A stretch of DNA of 63,446 nt, counting the filler, from Stramenopiles sp. TOSAG23-3 (Eukaryota), in assembly GCA_900128585.1 (NCBI GenBank). It is 21 parts of 21 records of this genome, joined end to end, with 100 filler letters (N's around TTAATTAATTAA, not from the genome) between each part and the next. Parts side by side here need not be neighbours in the genome. Positions count along the whole stretch, not along the records: positions 44,656 to 46,447 come from LT645382.1; positions 46,548 to 48,339 come from LT645383.1; positions 48,440 to 50,231 come from LT645384.1; positions 50,332 to 52,122 come from LT645385.1; positions 52,223 to 54,011 come from LT645386.1; positions 54,112 to 55,899 come from LT645387.1; 15 more parts are not named here. One strand, given 5' to 3'. Made by a program: the position numbers and the translations under genes. The notes below the pieces were generated by a model. That model searched no databases and was not told the DNA's origin. It worked only from the letters and a program-made list of their open reading frames with translations. Positions within the stretch are counted from its first letter, which is position 1; each line of letters opens with the position of its first letter. Shown piece by piece: positions 44,556-54,155 of this stretch.

Positions 44556-44657
44556 NNNNNNNNNNNNNNNNNNNNNNNNNNNNNNNNNNNNNNNNNNNNT
44601 TAATTAATTAANNNNNNNNNNNNNNNNNNNNNNNNNNNNNNNNNNNNNNNNNNNNAG

Positions 44658-46142
44658 GAGGCTGCCCGACAAACATACAGTAGACAGCCCCGGCCCCAGA
44701 GCGCGGGCGGCGCTCGCTCGAAACCAAGCGCTGGCGGCAACCCTTTGATTAAGACAGAGGGGAAACGACCAGAAAATCGACCCGGTAGCGCAGCGCGCCG
44801 CCGCTCCCAGAATTCGTCGGGCAACAAAGTAGTGCGCCCAGGCTCTGCGCCGGCACGGAGACCAAACCATGCCGGGACGATCAAGCAGATGGTGCAAGAC
44901 GCAGGAATCAAGACGGGCGCGGATGAAGAGAGCAGAATACGCAGCATCGTGAGCGCAGAAACCTGGGATGGGCGCGGGCGGTCGGACATGTACCACTTCG
45001 GAAAGGTTCTCGGTACGGGGTCTTTCGGCGTCGTGCGGCTAGTGCTGCATAAATTGACGAACACAAAAATTGGGGTTAAAACGTACGACAAGAGAAAGAT
45101 TAAGGACGCTGCGCAGTTGAAAAGGGTGCAGCAGGAGATACGCTTGATGGCCCGCACAAACCATCCGAACATAGTTCGGTTATACGAAACGTTAGAATCT
45201 GTCCACCGTGTCCACCTGGTCATGGAATATGCGTCTGGGGGAAACCTATGCAGCTACGTCAAATTAAAGAAGAGGTTAGACGAGAACGAGGCACGGGCTA
45301 TTTTTCAACAGCTTGCCAGTGCAATAGCATATTTGCATACGCTGAACATAGTGCATCGCGACATCAAGCTTGAAAACATTTTGATAGATGGAAAGAAGAA
45401 CATAAAAATTACTGACTTTGGGTTCAGCGTTTACGTTCAGCAGAAAAAGTTGAAGATTTTCTGTGGAACGCCTTCCTACATGCCGCCAGAGATCGTCATG
45501 AGGCGTGAGTACTACGGGCCACCCGTAGACTGCTGGAGCTTAGGGGTTTTACTATACGCGACACTGTGCGGTTGTTTTCCCTTCACGGCGAACAGTTACC
45601 CAAACTTATACAAGAAAATTGCGCGTGGGCAGTGGCGAGCGGCCCACAGCATGTCGCAAAGCGTTTCCGACTTGCTGAGACGGATGCTAACCGTCGACGC
45701 ATCAAAGCGTATTGACATGAAACAAGTTTGTCGGCACCAATGGACTAAATCTGGCAATGCATACGTCCCAATGAAGCCTTCGCAGCTCCCGCATCTTGTG
45801 TCAGAAAATCCTGCTGACGACTTGGCAAATACAAAAGTGGTAGATGAAATGAAGCGCCACGGGTATCGCCAACAAGCTATCGCAGAAAGTGTTCTTGGGC
45901 GGAAGAAAAACCACGTGTCCACGACATTCTATCTGTTAGCGGAAAAGCTGGGGCCGCCAGCTATTGGTCCACGGGGTGCAAATGGCCAAAGTGCGTACTC
46001 TTACTCGTCTAGTTCAAGATCTTCAAGCTCGCAAAATGCCAAAGGCAAAGGTAACGCGAGGACCGGTGGCTTTTCTCGCGGAAAATCAGCCACTGGTGAT
46101 CGCACAGCAAAACTGCTCAGTGAGTTACAGAGAACGGGGTGA
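44658..46142 (+). CDS. CAMK-group Ser/Thr kinase (AMPK/MARK-related) with UBA-like domain; 5'-partial
   Basis: LGTGSFG, HRDIKLEN, DFG, FCGTPSYMPPE and DCWSLGV, plus a post-kinase UBA-like helix bundle. Confidence 0.93.
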   Translation, partial: EAARQTYSRQPRPQSAGGARSKPSAGGNPLIKTEGKRPENRPGSAARRRSQNSSGNKVVRPGSAPARRPNHAGTIKQMVQDAGIKTGADEESRIRSIVSAETWDGRGRSDMYHFGKVLGTGSFGVVRLVLHKLTNTKIGVKTYDKRKIKDAAQLKRVQQEIRLMARTNHPNIVRLYETLESVHRVHLVMEYASGGNLCSYVKLKKRLDENEARAIFQQLASAIAYLHTLNIVHRDIKLENILIDGKKNIKITDFGFSVYVQQKKLKIFCGTPSYMPPEIVMRREYYGPPVDCWSLGVLLYATLCGCFPFTANSYPNLYKKIARGQWRAAHSMSQSVSDLLRRMLTVDASKRIDMKQVCRHQWTKSGNAYVPMKPSQLPHLVSENPADDLANTKVVDEMKRHGYRQQAIAESVLGRKKNHVSTTFYLLAEKLGPPAIGPRGANGQSAYSYSSSSRSSSSQNAKGKGNARTGGFSRGKSATGDRTAKLLSELQRTG

Positions 46143-46208
46143 AGGGGTGGCATTTCAACAAGAGAAAGAGAGAGAGAGATAAAACAAAATTGCATGAGAG
46201 TACCTTTT

Positions 46209-46238
46209 AAAACAAGAAAATTGGCTGTTATTTAAGTA
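46209..46238 (+). repeat. Dispersed 3'-flank element copy
   Basis: AAAACAAGAAAATTGGCTGTTATTTAAGTA starts 67 nt after the kinase stop. A degenerate second copy lies at 46365-46390. Confidence 0.8.
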
Positions 46239-46659
46239 CCTTTTAAGAGAAAGTTCGTACTTACTGACTTAGTAATAATTTAGAAGAGTAATTCTTTAAG
46301 ATTACTTCGTGTAAGAATTATGAGATACCTCTCTTTATTAAAAACATGATTTGTTTTTTCTTTTTTAACATGAAAATTGGCTGTTACTTGTCTATAGCAT
46401 CAGGGCTCCGGATATTCCGTGCCTATATCCCAACGGCCCTGCCAATGNNNNNNNNNNNNNNNNNNNNNNNNNNNNNNNNNNNNNNNNNNNNTTAATTAAT
46501 TAANNNNNNNNNNNNNNNNNNNNNNNNNNNNNNNNNNNNNNNNNNNNAATGGAGAAATTATTTATGTGGAATTTACACCATAAATAATTCAAAAAACGTT
46601 CAAAAAAAAGTCCCCTTTCATATTTTTAGAAACAGAATAATTCAAAGTCTTTATCAACT

Positions 46660-47694
46660 ATGCATATGCTACTCAATATATTTTCTGTTTCCGTGGTCTT
46701 GCTGCTCAGCGCGGACCATGGATCTGCTGCTGCCGCCGGTAAAGTCTGGAGGTATAGTGGTGCGACGAAATATTGGACGGATATTACCTCCTCAGCAGAC
46801 GGGGCGAAGCTGGCGGCGACTGTTGAATATGGCAACATATGGACCTCCAGCAACAGCGGTGCCACCTGGACGGAAGTAACCTCCATTGGTGCGACGAAAC
46901 GATGGGCTGATATCACCTCCTCGGCAAACGGGACGAAGCTGGCGGCGACTGTGATTTACGGCAACATATGGACCTCCAGCAACAGCGGTGCGAACTGGAC
47001 GGAAGATACCTCCGTTGGTGCGACGAAAGATTGGTATGGTATCACCTCCTCGGCAGATGGAACGAAGCTGGCGGCGAGTGTGTTCAGTGGCAACATATGG
47101 ACCTCCAACAACACTGGTGGGACTTGGAAGGCCGTTGGTGCGACGAAACAGTGGGCCCACTCAGCTATCACCTCCTCAGCAGACGGGACGAAGCTGGCGG
47201 CGTGTGTGTTCAGTGGCAACATATGGACCTCCAGCAACAGCGGTGCGACCTGGACGGAAGATACCTCCGTTGGTGAAAGTTGGGGAGCTATCACCTCCTC
47301 GGCAGACGGGACGAAGCTGGCGGCATGTGAGAATTTTGGCCTATGGACCTCCAACGACAGCGGTGCGACCTGGACGCGGCAGCACAGTGAAGTGCCAGGT
47401 TGTAATGGAATCACCTCCTCGGCAGACGGGACGAAGCTGGCAGTGGTTGCTAATGGTGGCAACATATGGACCTCCAGCAACAGCGGCGCGAACTGGACGG
47501 AAGATACCTCCGTTGGTGCGAAGAAAGCTTGGTATGGTATCACCTCCTCAGCAGATGGGACAAAGCTGGCGGCAGTTGTAAGTGGTGGCAACATATGGAC
47601 CTCCAACAACAGCGGTGCGACCTGGACCGAAAGATCCGTTGGTGCGAGGAAAGACTGGCAAGCTATCACCTCCTCGGCAGACGGGACGAATTAA
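46660..47694 (+). CDS. Secreted Asp-box (BNR) repeat beta-propeller protein; ends abruptly in the eighth repeat
   Basis: Signal peptide, then about 44-aa repeats ITSSADGTKLAA....GNIWTSSNSGATW (Asp-box SxxxGxTW). Confidence 0.85.
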   Translation: MHMLLNIFSVSVVLLLSADHGSAAAAGKVWRYSGATKYWTDITSSADGAKLAATVEYGNIWTSSNSGATWTEVTSIGATKRWADITSSANGTKLAATVIYGNIWTSSNSGANWTEDTSVGATKDWYGITSSADGTKLAASVFSGNIWTSNNTGGTWKAVGATKQWAHSAITSSADGTKLAACVFSGNIWTSSNSGATWTEDTSVGESWGAITSSADGTKLAACENFGLWTSNDSGATWTRQHSEVPGCNGITSSADGTKLAVVANGGNIWTSSNSGANWTEDTSVGAKKAWYGITSSADGTKLAAVVSGGNIWTSNNSGATWTERSVGARKDWQAITSSADGTN

Positions 47695-47819
47695 GCTTTG
47701 GAGGATTAGAAGACATCAACGACAAATAAATGAAAAAAAGTGAAGTTGAAGTTTAAGTTGGTAGCGTTGGGTCAATGCAATAAATGAAGGCGATAACGTC
47801 TGATATCTTAAACATATAT

Positions 47820-47827
47820 AAAATTGA
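47820..47827 (+). promoter_or_regulatory. AAAATTGA Mimiviridae-type early promoter motif
   Basis: Exact octamer followed by TTTAAAG, about 31 nt before ATG 47859, in an AT-rich virus-like segment. Confidence 0.55.
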
Positions 47828-47858
47828 TTTAAAGAAAAACTTTATATATATATTATAT

Positions 47859-48197
47859 ATGAAGTCTTTTGGTAATTCGTCATACGAACAAGTAGAACAA
47901 GAGGTAATGGAACTGTTAAATAATCCAACTGTAAGAATAAAATCTACAATATGGGAGAAATGGAATGACTATTCACCATTAGCTCACGACATTGCAAAAA
48001 TTATATACAATACAGATGATAAAACACTATGGAGAAAATGTGGTGAAAAAATTCACGATAACTATCAAAAAGATAGTTTTTATGTATTGCAATCAATCTA
48101 TTATATTTTATGTTGGTGTTCGGATTTTAAAGAAAAGCACCAAACAATGAGAATATTAGAACATTCCTGGAACAATATAGGCGATTGGGTAGCCTAA
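47859..48197 (+). CDS. Small AT-rich virus-like hypothetical protein (112 aa)
   Basis: A/T-ending codons unlike the adjacent gene, C-terminal W..IG.W.. motif, and a stop codon overlapping the convergent gene. Confidence 0.7.
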   Translation: MKSFGNSSYEQVEQEVMELLNNPTVRIKSTIWEKWNDYSPLAHDIAKIIYNTDDKTLWRKCGEKIHDNYQKDSFYVLQSIYYILCWCSDFKEKHQTMRILEHSWNNIGDWVA

Positions 48198-48337
48198 TCA
48201 GGGTCATAAAATTTAGTATTGAAATTCTTCCTATATTGTTTCATTGGGTCGAGGGTCTTCAGATCGATCATAAAAAAATTATACCCATCGGTTGCGTCAT
48301 TAAACATTTCAACAAAACGTTCTTTTGTTGTATTGTA
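48194..48337 (-). CDS. C-terminus of a probable A32/FtsK-like DNA packaging ATPase (Polinton-like virus type)
   Basis: Not in the ORF track. Manual translation YNTTKERFVEMFNDATDGYNFFMIDLKTLDPMKQYRKNFNTKFYDPD* matches the F..h...AT..Y.Fh.ID......YRKNF tail I recognise from Polinton/PLV packaging ATPases. The Walker motifs lie beyond the contig edge. Confidence 0.65.
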   Translation of the reverse strand, partial: YNTTKERFVEMFNDATDGYNFFMIDLKTLDPMKQYRKNFNTKFYDPD

Positions 48338-48439
48338 TCNNNNNNNNNNNNNNNNNNNNNNNNNNNNNNNNNNNNNNNNNNNNTTAATTAATTAANNNNN
48401 NNNNNNNNNNNNNNNNNNNNNNNNNNNNNNNNNNNNNNN

Positions 48440-49177
48440 GAAAATCCATTCACGAGCGGCCTACCCATGGCATTGCAGACAAAAATAAAGATGGAACTGC
48501 ATTCTGAGGCCTTGGACAAGTGCAGTCTCTTTAACAAATGCGATGAGGCCCTTATGATCGCCTTGGTCAACTCTTTAAAAGTTCAAATCTTCTTGGCAGG
48601 GAGTATCGTGATACGAGAGAAAGTTCAGGGTAAGGGCATGTACTTTTTGGTCAAAGGTGATGTGTCTTTAAGCACGGTAAAAAAGGGGATATTCAAGCGT
48701 CTAAGTGATGGTGCTTACTTCGGCGAACTGAGTTTGCTTTTCAAATCTCCTGCCGCGTGTACAATAACGGCAACGAGCGATTGCGACATGAAAGTTTTGT
48801 ACCGACGTGACTTTACAGAAATCGTTGAAGACTATCCAAGATTTAAGAAAATATTGATGGAAGAAGCGCGACGAAGATATCCCCAATGGGCCGCCTCATC
48901 CCCTTCGAACACTAAGGTTGGTGCCATTCTAGCAAAAAGTGAGTTTGAGAAACAAGGAAAGCGCCTTATGAAAAAATTGGCGCAATCAGACCCAGAAGAT
49001 TCAAACGATGAATCAAAGGAAAACGTTTTAAAGCCAAAATCAGACACAAATCTTGAAGATAGCTTCAAATCCTATACGATTGAACGGTTGATGTCTCTTG
49101 AAAAGAAGCACGCGAAAGTAATGAGCATGTTATATGACATCGGGGGCCATTTTCACATCTTTGACCAGGAAGAGTGA
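48440..49177 (+). CDS. C-linker and cyclic-nucleotide-binding domain of a CNG/HCN/EAG-type channel; 5'-partial
   Basis: LP.AL.TKI..E C-linker, then GMYFLVKG.V, GAYFGELSLL and TITA...C. Confidence 0.85.
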   Translation, partial: ENPFTSGLPMALQTKIKMELHSEALDKCSLFNKCDEALMIALVNSLKVQIFLAGSIVIREKVQGKGMYFLVKGDVSLSTVKKGIFKRLSDGAYFGELSLLFKSPAACTITATSDCDMKVLYRRDFTEIVEDYPRFKKILMEEARRRYPQWAASSPSNTKVGAILAKSEFEKQGKRLMKKLAQSDPEDSNDESKENVLKPKSDTNLEDSFKSYTIERLMSLEKKHAKVMSMLYDIGGHFHIFDQEE

Positions 49178-49382
49178 GAGAATTTGTAGTCCGCGCACAC
49201 AGAGGGACATTTCAGAGCGAGATAAATTTTTTAAGAGATTACGCCAGCGTACCAATTCTATATTAACACACTCTCTTGTAATTTAATTATACCGGTATTT
49301 GCGTTTTTGTATGCTTTAACAATATCAAGACGGTGTTTGTAGGTATCGTAGTTCTTGGGCACAGACCTCGTTTAAACCGCGT

Positions 49383-49880
49383 TCATCTATCTGTACAGCA
49401 CGCCAGGCCCATAAAACTGAAACCCTTCTTTTCCTTGATTCTGGGGGTTATTTTCATCAAATCTTTGTTCATTATATCCTCCATCTGCTTCGCAACAGAA
49501 GGAGAGCTGTCTTCTTTTTTGCCTATATTATTTTCAACAATTTTGTTCTCTTCCTTGTGCTTCATGGCCATCAATCGAATTTTTTCTTTCAATTCCTCGT
49601 TTTCTTGCGAACGCCGTCGAATTTCCAAGTCCTTCTTTTGGACTTGAGTTTTTAAGTTACTCACTACATTCGTTTTGTGCTGCCCTAGAACAGTCTTGCG
49701 TCGGTGGAGCCTTTTGTGAAAATTTTTGGGGCATATTTTTAATACGACCTGGGGACTGTCTACGTGATTTTTTTCTGGACTCCTTTTGTGGTCCATGCTT
49801 GCGACTAGAGCAGAGAGCTCTTCCAAACTTAGCGCACTATGGGCTGGTGAAACATTCTCCTCCTCACCCTTCATTATCAC
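49383..49880 (-). CDS. Hypothetical coiled-coil protein with C-terminal CC motif
   Basis: 165-aa ORF ending LACCTDR. Confidence 0.55.
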   Translation of the reverse strand: MIMKGEEENVSPAHSALSLEELSALVASMDHKRSPEKNHVDSPQVVLKICPKNFHKRLHRRKTVLGQHKTNVVSNLKTQVQKKDLEIRRRSQENEELKEKIRLMAMKHKEENKIVENNIGKKEDSSPSVAKQMEDIMNKDLMKITPRIKEKKGFSFMGLACCTDR

Positions 49881-50920
49881 TCTACGCGGGAAACGCCCCT
49901 GTAAATTGAATGCGCTTGTGTCACAAAACTTTTTTGCCAGGATTGAACCGCAGTTTATTGCTTGTAATCAATCAGAAACAAATAACTGAAACGTTAATGC
50001 ATAAAGCGCGTACTGCAAAATGTTTCTGCTCGCAAATGTTTCACATAATATCGCAATCGACTCCTTCAAGCAGTAATTTATTCAGAGTATTATTCTTGTT
50101 GTGTGTGTTGTTGCCTAGTTATTATTATTTTAATTTCTGCTGCTGCTGCTTTCTTTCTGCGTTTTTTCTCATATGGTTTTGTTATTTCATCTAACCCAGT
50201 CGGGAAGAAAAAAAAAACAACAAGACTACAGNNNNNNNNNNNNNNNNNNNNNNNNNNNNNNNNNNNNNNNNNNNNTTAATTAATTAANNNNNNNNNNNNN
50301 NNNNNNNNNNNNNNNNNNNNNNNNNNNNNNNTTGAGAACCCTATGTACCGGAGAAACCGAACCTCGACCATTACGACGAGCATGCAAGCAAAGCGGCTGG
50401 AAATGAGAAACATCAGAGATGCCCAAGAAGACAGGGCATGAGGGGCGGAGCACGACAGGCAGTGAGACGCAGCTACAATCGGGGGACTTAAGTGAGAGGA
50501 AGGGACTTAAGTGAGGCGCCCGAGAGAGCTAGAGGGGCCGCCCGAGGCACAGGCGACGCCCATGAGGTGGATTCGTGCAACTGTGCCATGCAACCTCGTG
50601 TCGATCTGGGAATAACCCTAAGCGGACACGTGCATGGGCTCGAAAATTCCGCAGGACAGGTCGTCAGGTGTTCCTGATGGCTACCAATTTCGGCAAATAA
50701 ATTCGTGGGGTATATAAAGAACCCCCCGAGTGAAAGAAAACAATGTGCCATCACTGCTCCAAACCACCCACTTATTCGTACCATGGAACCCCTTTGTGCG
50801 GGAAATGTTACCGAATACAAATGGTCCAGTATTTGACAGAGTGGGAGGGTATGACTGTAAGCGAAGCGCTGTCAGAGATCAAACGAGAGCGCGCCGCAAA
50901 ACGTGCCTAGGCCGCCGAGG

Positions 50921-51107
50921 CGTTTCCTTTTTTTTCTCAGGAATTAGGCCACAGTGGCCGCGGACGGATTTATTTTTCATGTACCCTACGCTGCTTCGTG
51001 GACGATTGGTAAGGAAATTCGCCTGGCAAGAACCCTAGGCACCCAAGCCCTGCATGCGTTTCCCTTTTTTCTCAGGAATTAGGCCGACGGTGGCTACGGA
51101 CGGATTT
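50921..51107. repeat. Imperfect direct repeat of about 50 bp
   Basis: CGTTTCC(T/C)TTTTTTCTCAGGAATTAGGCC...GTGGC..CGGACGGATTT at about 50921-50971 and 51057-51107. Confidence 0.85.
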
Positions 51108-51212
51108 GTTGCTAGAACACTTGGAGGGGCGTCTGAAGAACACGCGAAATTCGTTTTCTCATTTGGACTATATACGTGGCGGCTCAGGGAGGATGCGAAG
51201 ACGAAAAAGAGA

Positions 51213-51544
51213 TGTCCAAACGTATTACCAAGAGTATGACAACCGAAAATGTAGCCAAGCTTGTGTTCGAGGCAATGGGCTTCACCGTCGGCGAGTGGGT
51301 TTCGAAGGAAAGGGTACTCAAGGCGAGGGGCCCGATTATTCGCTCGCGGCGGTACTTTGAGGATAACCTGCCTCGCTACGTGCTTGGCAACTTTTTTGAG
51401 GGAGATCAAGGGTTTCGTGCGCTGATGATACTAGCGAGACGAATTGCGCGATATTCCAAGAGAGGAATTTTGCGACACAAAGTGAATAAGAAAGACGACG
51501 ATGGAAAGTGGCGGACTCGATATGTTTACAAGTTATTGGGTTAG
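51213..51544 (+). CDS. Small basic hypothetical protein, possibly virus- or mobile-element-derived
   Basis: ATG at 51213 (MSKRITK...) within track ORF 51176..51544. Compact and K/R-rich, ending DGKWRTRYVYKLLG. Confidence 0.55.
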
Positions 51545-53338
51545 GTCTAGGTACTTCTGCATAGTATTATAGTAGTAGTATTATATATTGAAATGAGCGG
51601 CACAGCATTGAATTCATTATTTTCGGAATTTTTTGTTAAAACTAATTGATAAACCAGTAGTTCGAGATGTTGATTTCGGAAGGATTTAAGAGGAAGGATG
51701 AAAAATATCCATTTTTAAGGTTTTACGTGCTCGTCCGGAAGGGCCTGATTTATTTAATAATTTCTCATTTTCTATGCTGTGTCTATATTAGGAACGAAAA
51801 TAATTATTAAATACGGATTAATTCCGTCGTTTTTAAATTCGGTAACGTGACACAGCATTGTTTCATCATGTCTCGGCGTCACAGTACTTGAAGGAATGTA
51901 AACCTCGGAATGTCTAAATTTAGAGTTCAGTTCGCAGTACATTAATTTTAATTACTTAAACTAATTATAATTAGATCCGAAAATCGGTGAAGTGGTGGTC
52001 TGCTATTGCCTGTACTTTTCACTAGGCGCAAATGTCCATTCACAGAGCACCGACTAACTTTTTTGGGGGCATTTTTGCTATACGGATTTATATAGGTAAA
52101 TATTACAAGTACAACTCGCGTTNNNNNNNNNNNNNNNNNNNNNNNNNNNNNNNNNNNNNNNNNNNNTTAATTAATTAANNNNNNNNNNNNNNNNNNNNNN
52201 NNNNNNNNNNNNNNNNNNNNNNAAAAAATCACTTCTTCATTTCTAAAAAACAAAAAATAAAAGTGGAAGAATAATAGGATTTACACAGCATTAAAATAAA
52301 AAATGAAAGGGGCTTTTTTTCACTCCTGAGGATGGAACTGGAGTGGAGAGTTAAAAGGGTAAAATATTATATTTTATTTTAACATATACACAGGATAATT
52401 AAAATATTATAAAAAGTGAAAAAGAAGAGTGCGAAAATTACTATAAAAAATTAAAACTTTAAGACTTTAATCAAAATTAAGATTACACAAGATAGACTAT
52501 AATTATGGAAAAAAAGTTCTGTTCTTCTTAAAGTTTAAATTATTATTGTCTTTTTTTTTGTTAGCAGAAGAAAGAATGAATATCGTGAAAATAAGGAATC
52601 CTCCTCTCTAACATTATACTGTTTGCTCTGATGATACTGTACGAGGTCGTACACTTAATGCCAATAATAAAAAAAATGTTTTCCTTTCTTCTTCTTCAAC
52701 AACAACAAAATAGTGAGGGGTACATTATAATGTACTTCGAAGGTAGAGGTCTTCTTACAAAGACTATAAGTATATAAATTACATATTCTAATATTTTATA
52801 TATCCTATATATAAAATATATCTCTGAACCAATCGATCCCCAAGACCCCAAGACAGCAAAACACCACCACAACAACCAACCCAGAAAAACCCCCCTCTTT
52901 CTATCCCCCTGTTAAATAATCCCTGTCTCTCATCTCAACCCAGAAAAGAAAAAAGACTATATAAACACAGCATAAGCATTTTCGACAAAATATTACATTC
53001 TTCCTTCTTCTTATTTCTTTTCTTGTGAAAAACATGTTTATATTATGTACGTCTTATACACTGTATTCTACTTTGTATAAAGAAGAGGTGGGCATATAAT
53101 TTGTTTCCGTTTATGAACTTACGTGCGGGGACAGAATTCGGTGAACGTCACCAATAACTTCTCGCACCTCCGTGTATATTACGGTCACGCCGATAGTAAT
53201 ATGTTTTTCTTTTGATGTGATATGTGATATAGCCAATTTTTCGTTTTGATGTGATAAGTTAAATATGATACAAAACTGTACTGTCCTATTAATAATTAAA
53301 TTTAAAATACATCATCGTCGAGAGACTTTCGCCGGGGG

Positions 53339-54010
<672 letters not shown>

Positions 54011-54155
54011 CNNNNNNNNNNNNNNNNNNNNNNNNNNNNNNNNNNNNNNNNNNNNTTAATTAATTAANNNNNNNNNNNNNNNNNNNNNNNNNNNNNNNNN
54101 NNNNNNNNNNNTAGTAAATTATTTAAAAACTGTAAATTTTTCGCTGCATTGAATT

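Noticed and set aside
46956-47669. Long antisense and alternative-frame ORFs over GC-rich genes (also at 32281, 39733, 60534 and elsewhere)
   Set aside because: Shadow ORFs expected from GC-rich or repetitive coding DNA, with no independent motifs.
50513-50524. GGCGCCCGA resembling a retroelement primer-binding site
   Set aside because: It lacks the TGG start and an adjacent LTR end, and no gag or pol ORF follows.
51562-51583. TAGTATTA resembling a CRESS-DNA virus origin nonanucleotide
   Set aside because: It is TAGTATTAT rather than TAGTATTAC, with no flanking stem-loop and no Rep gene.
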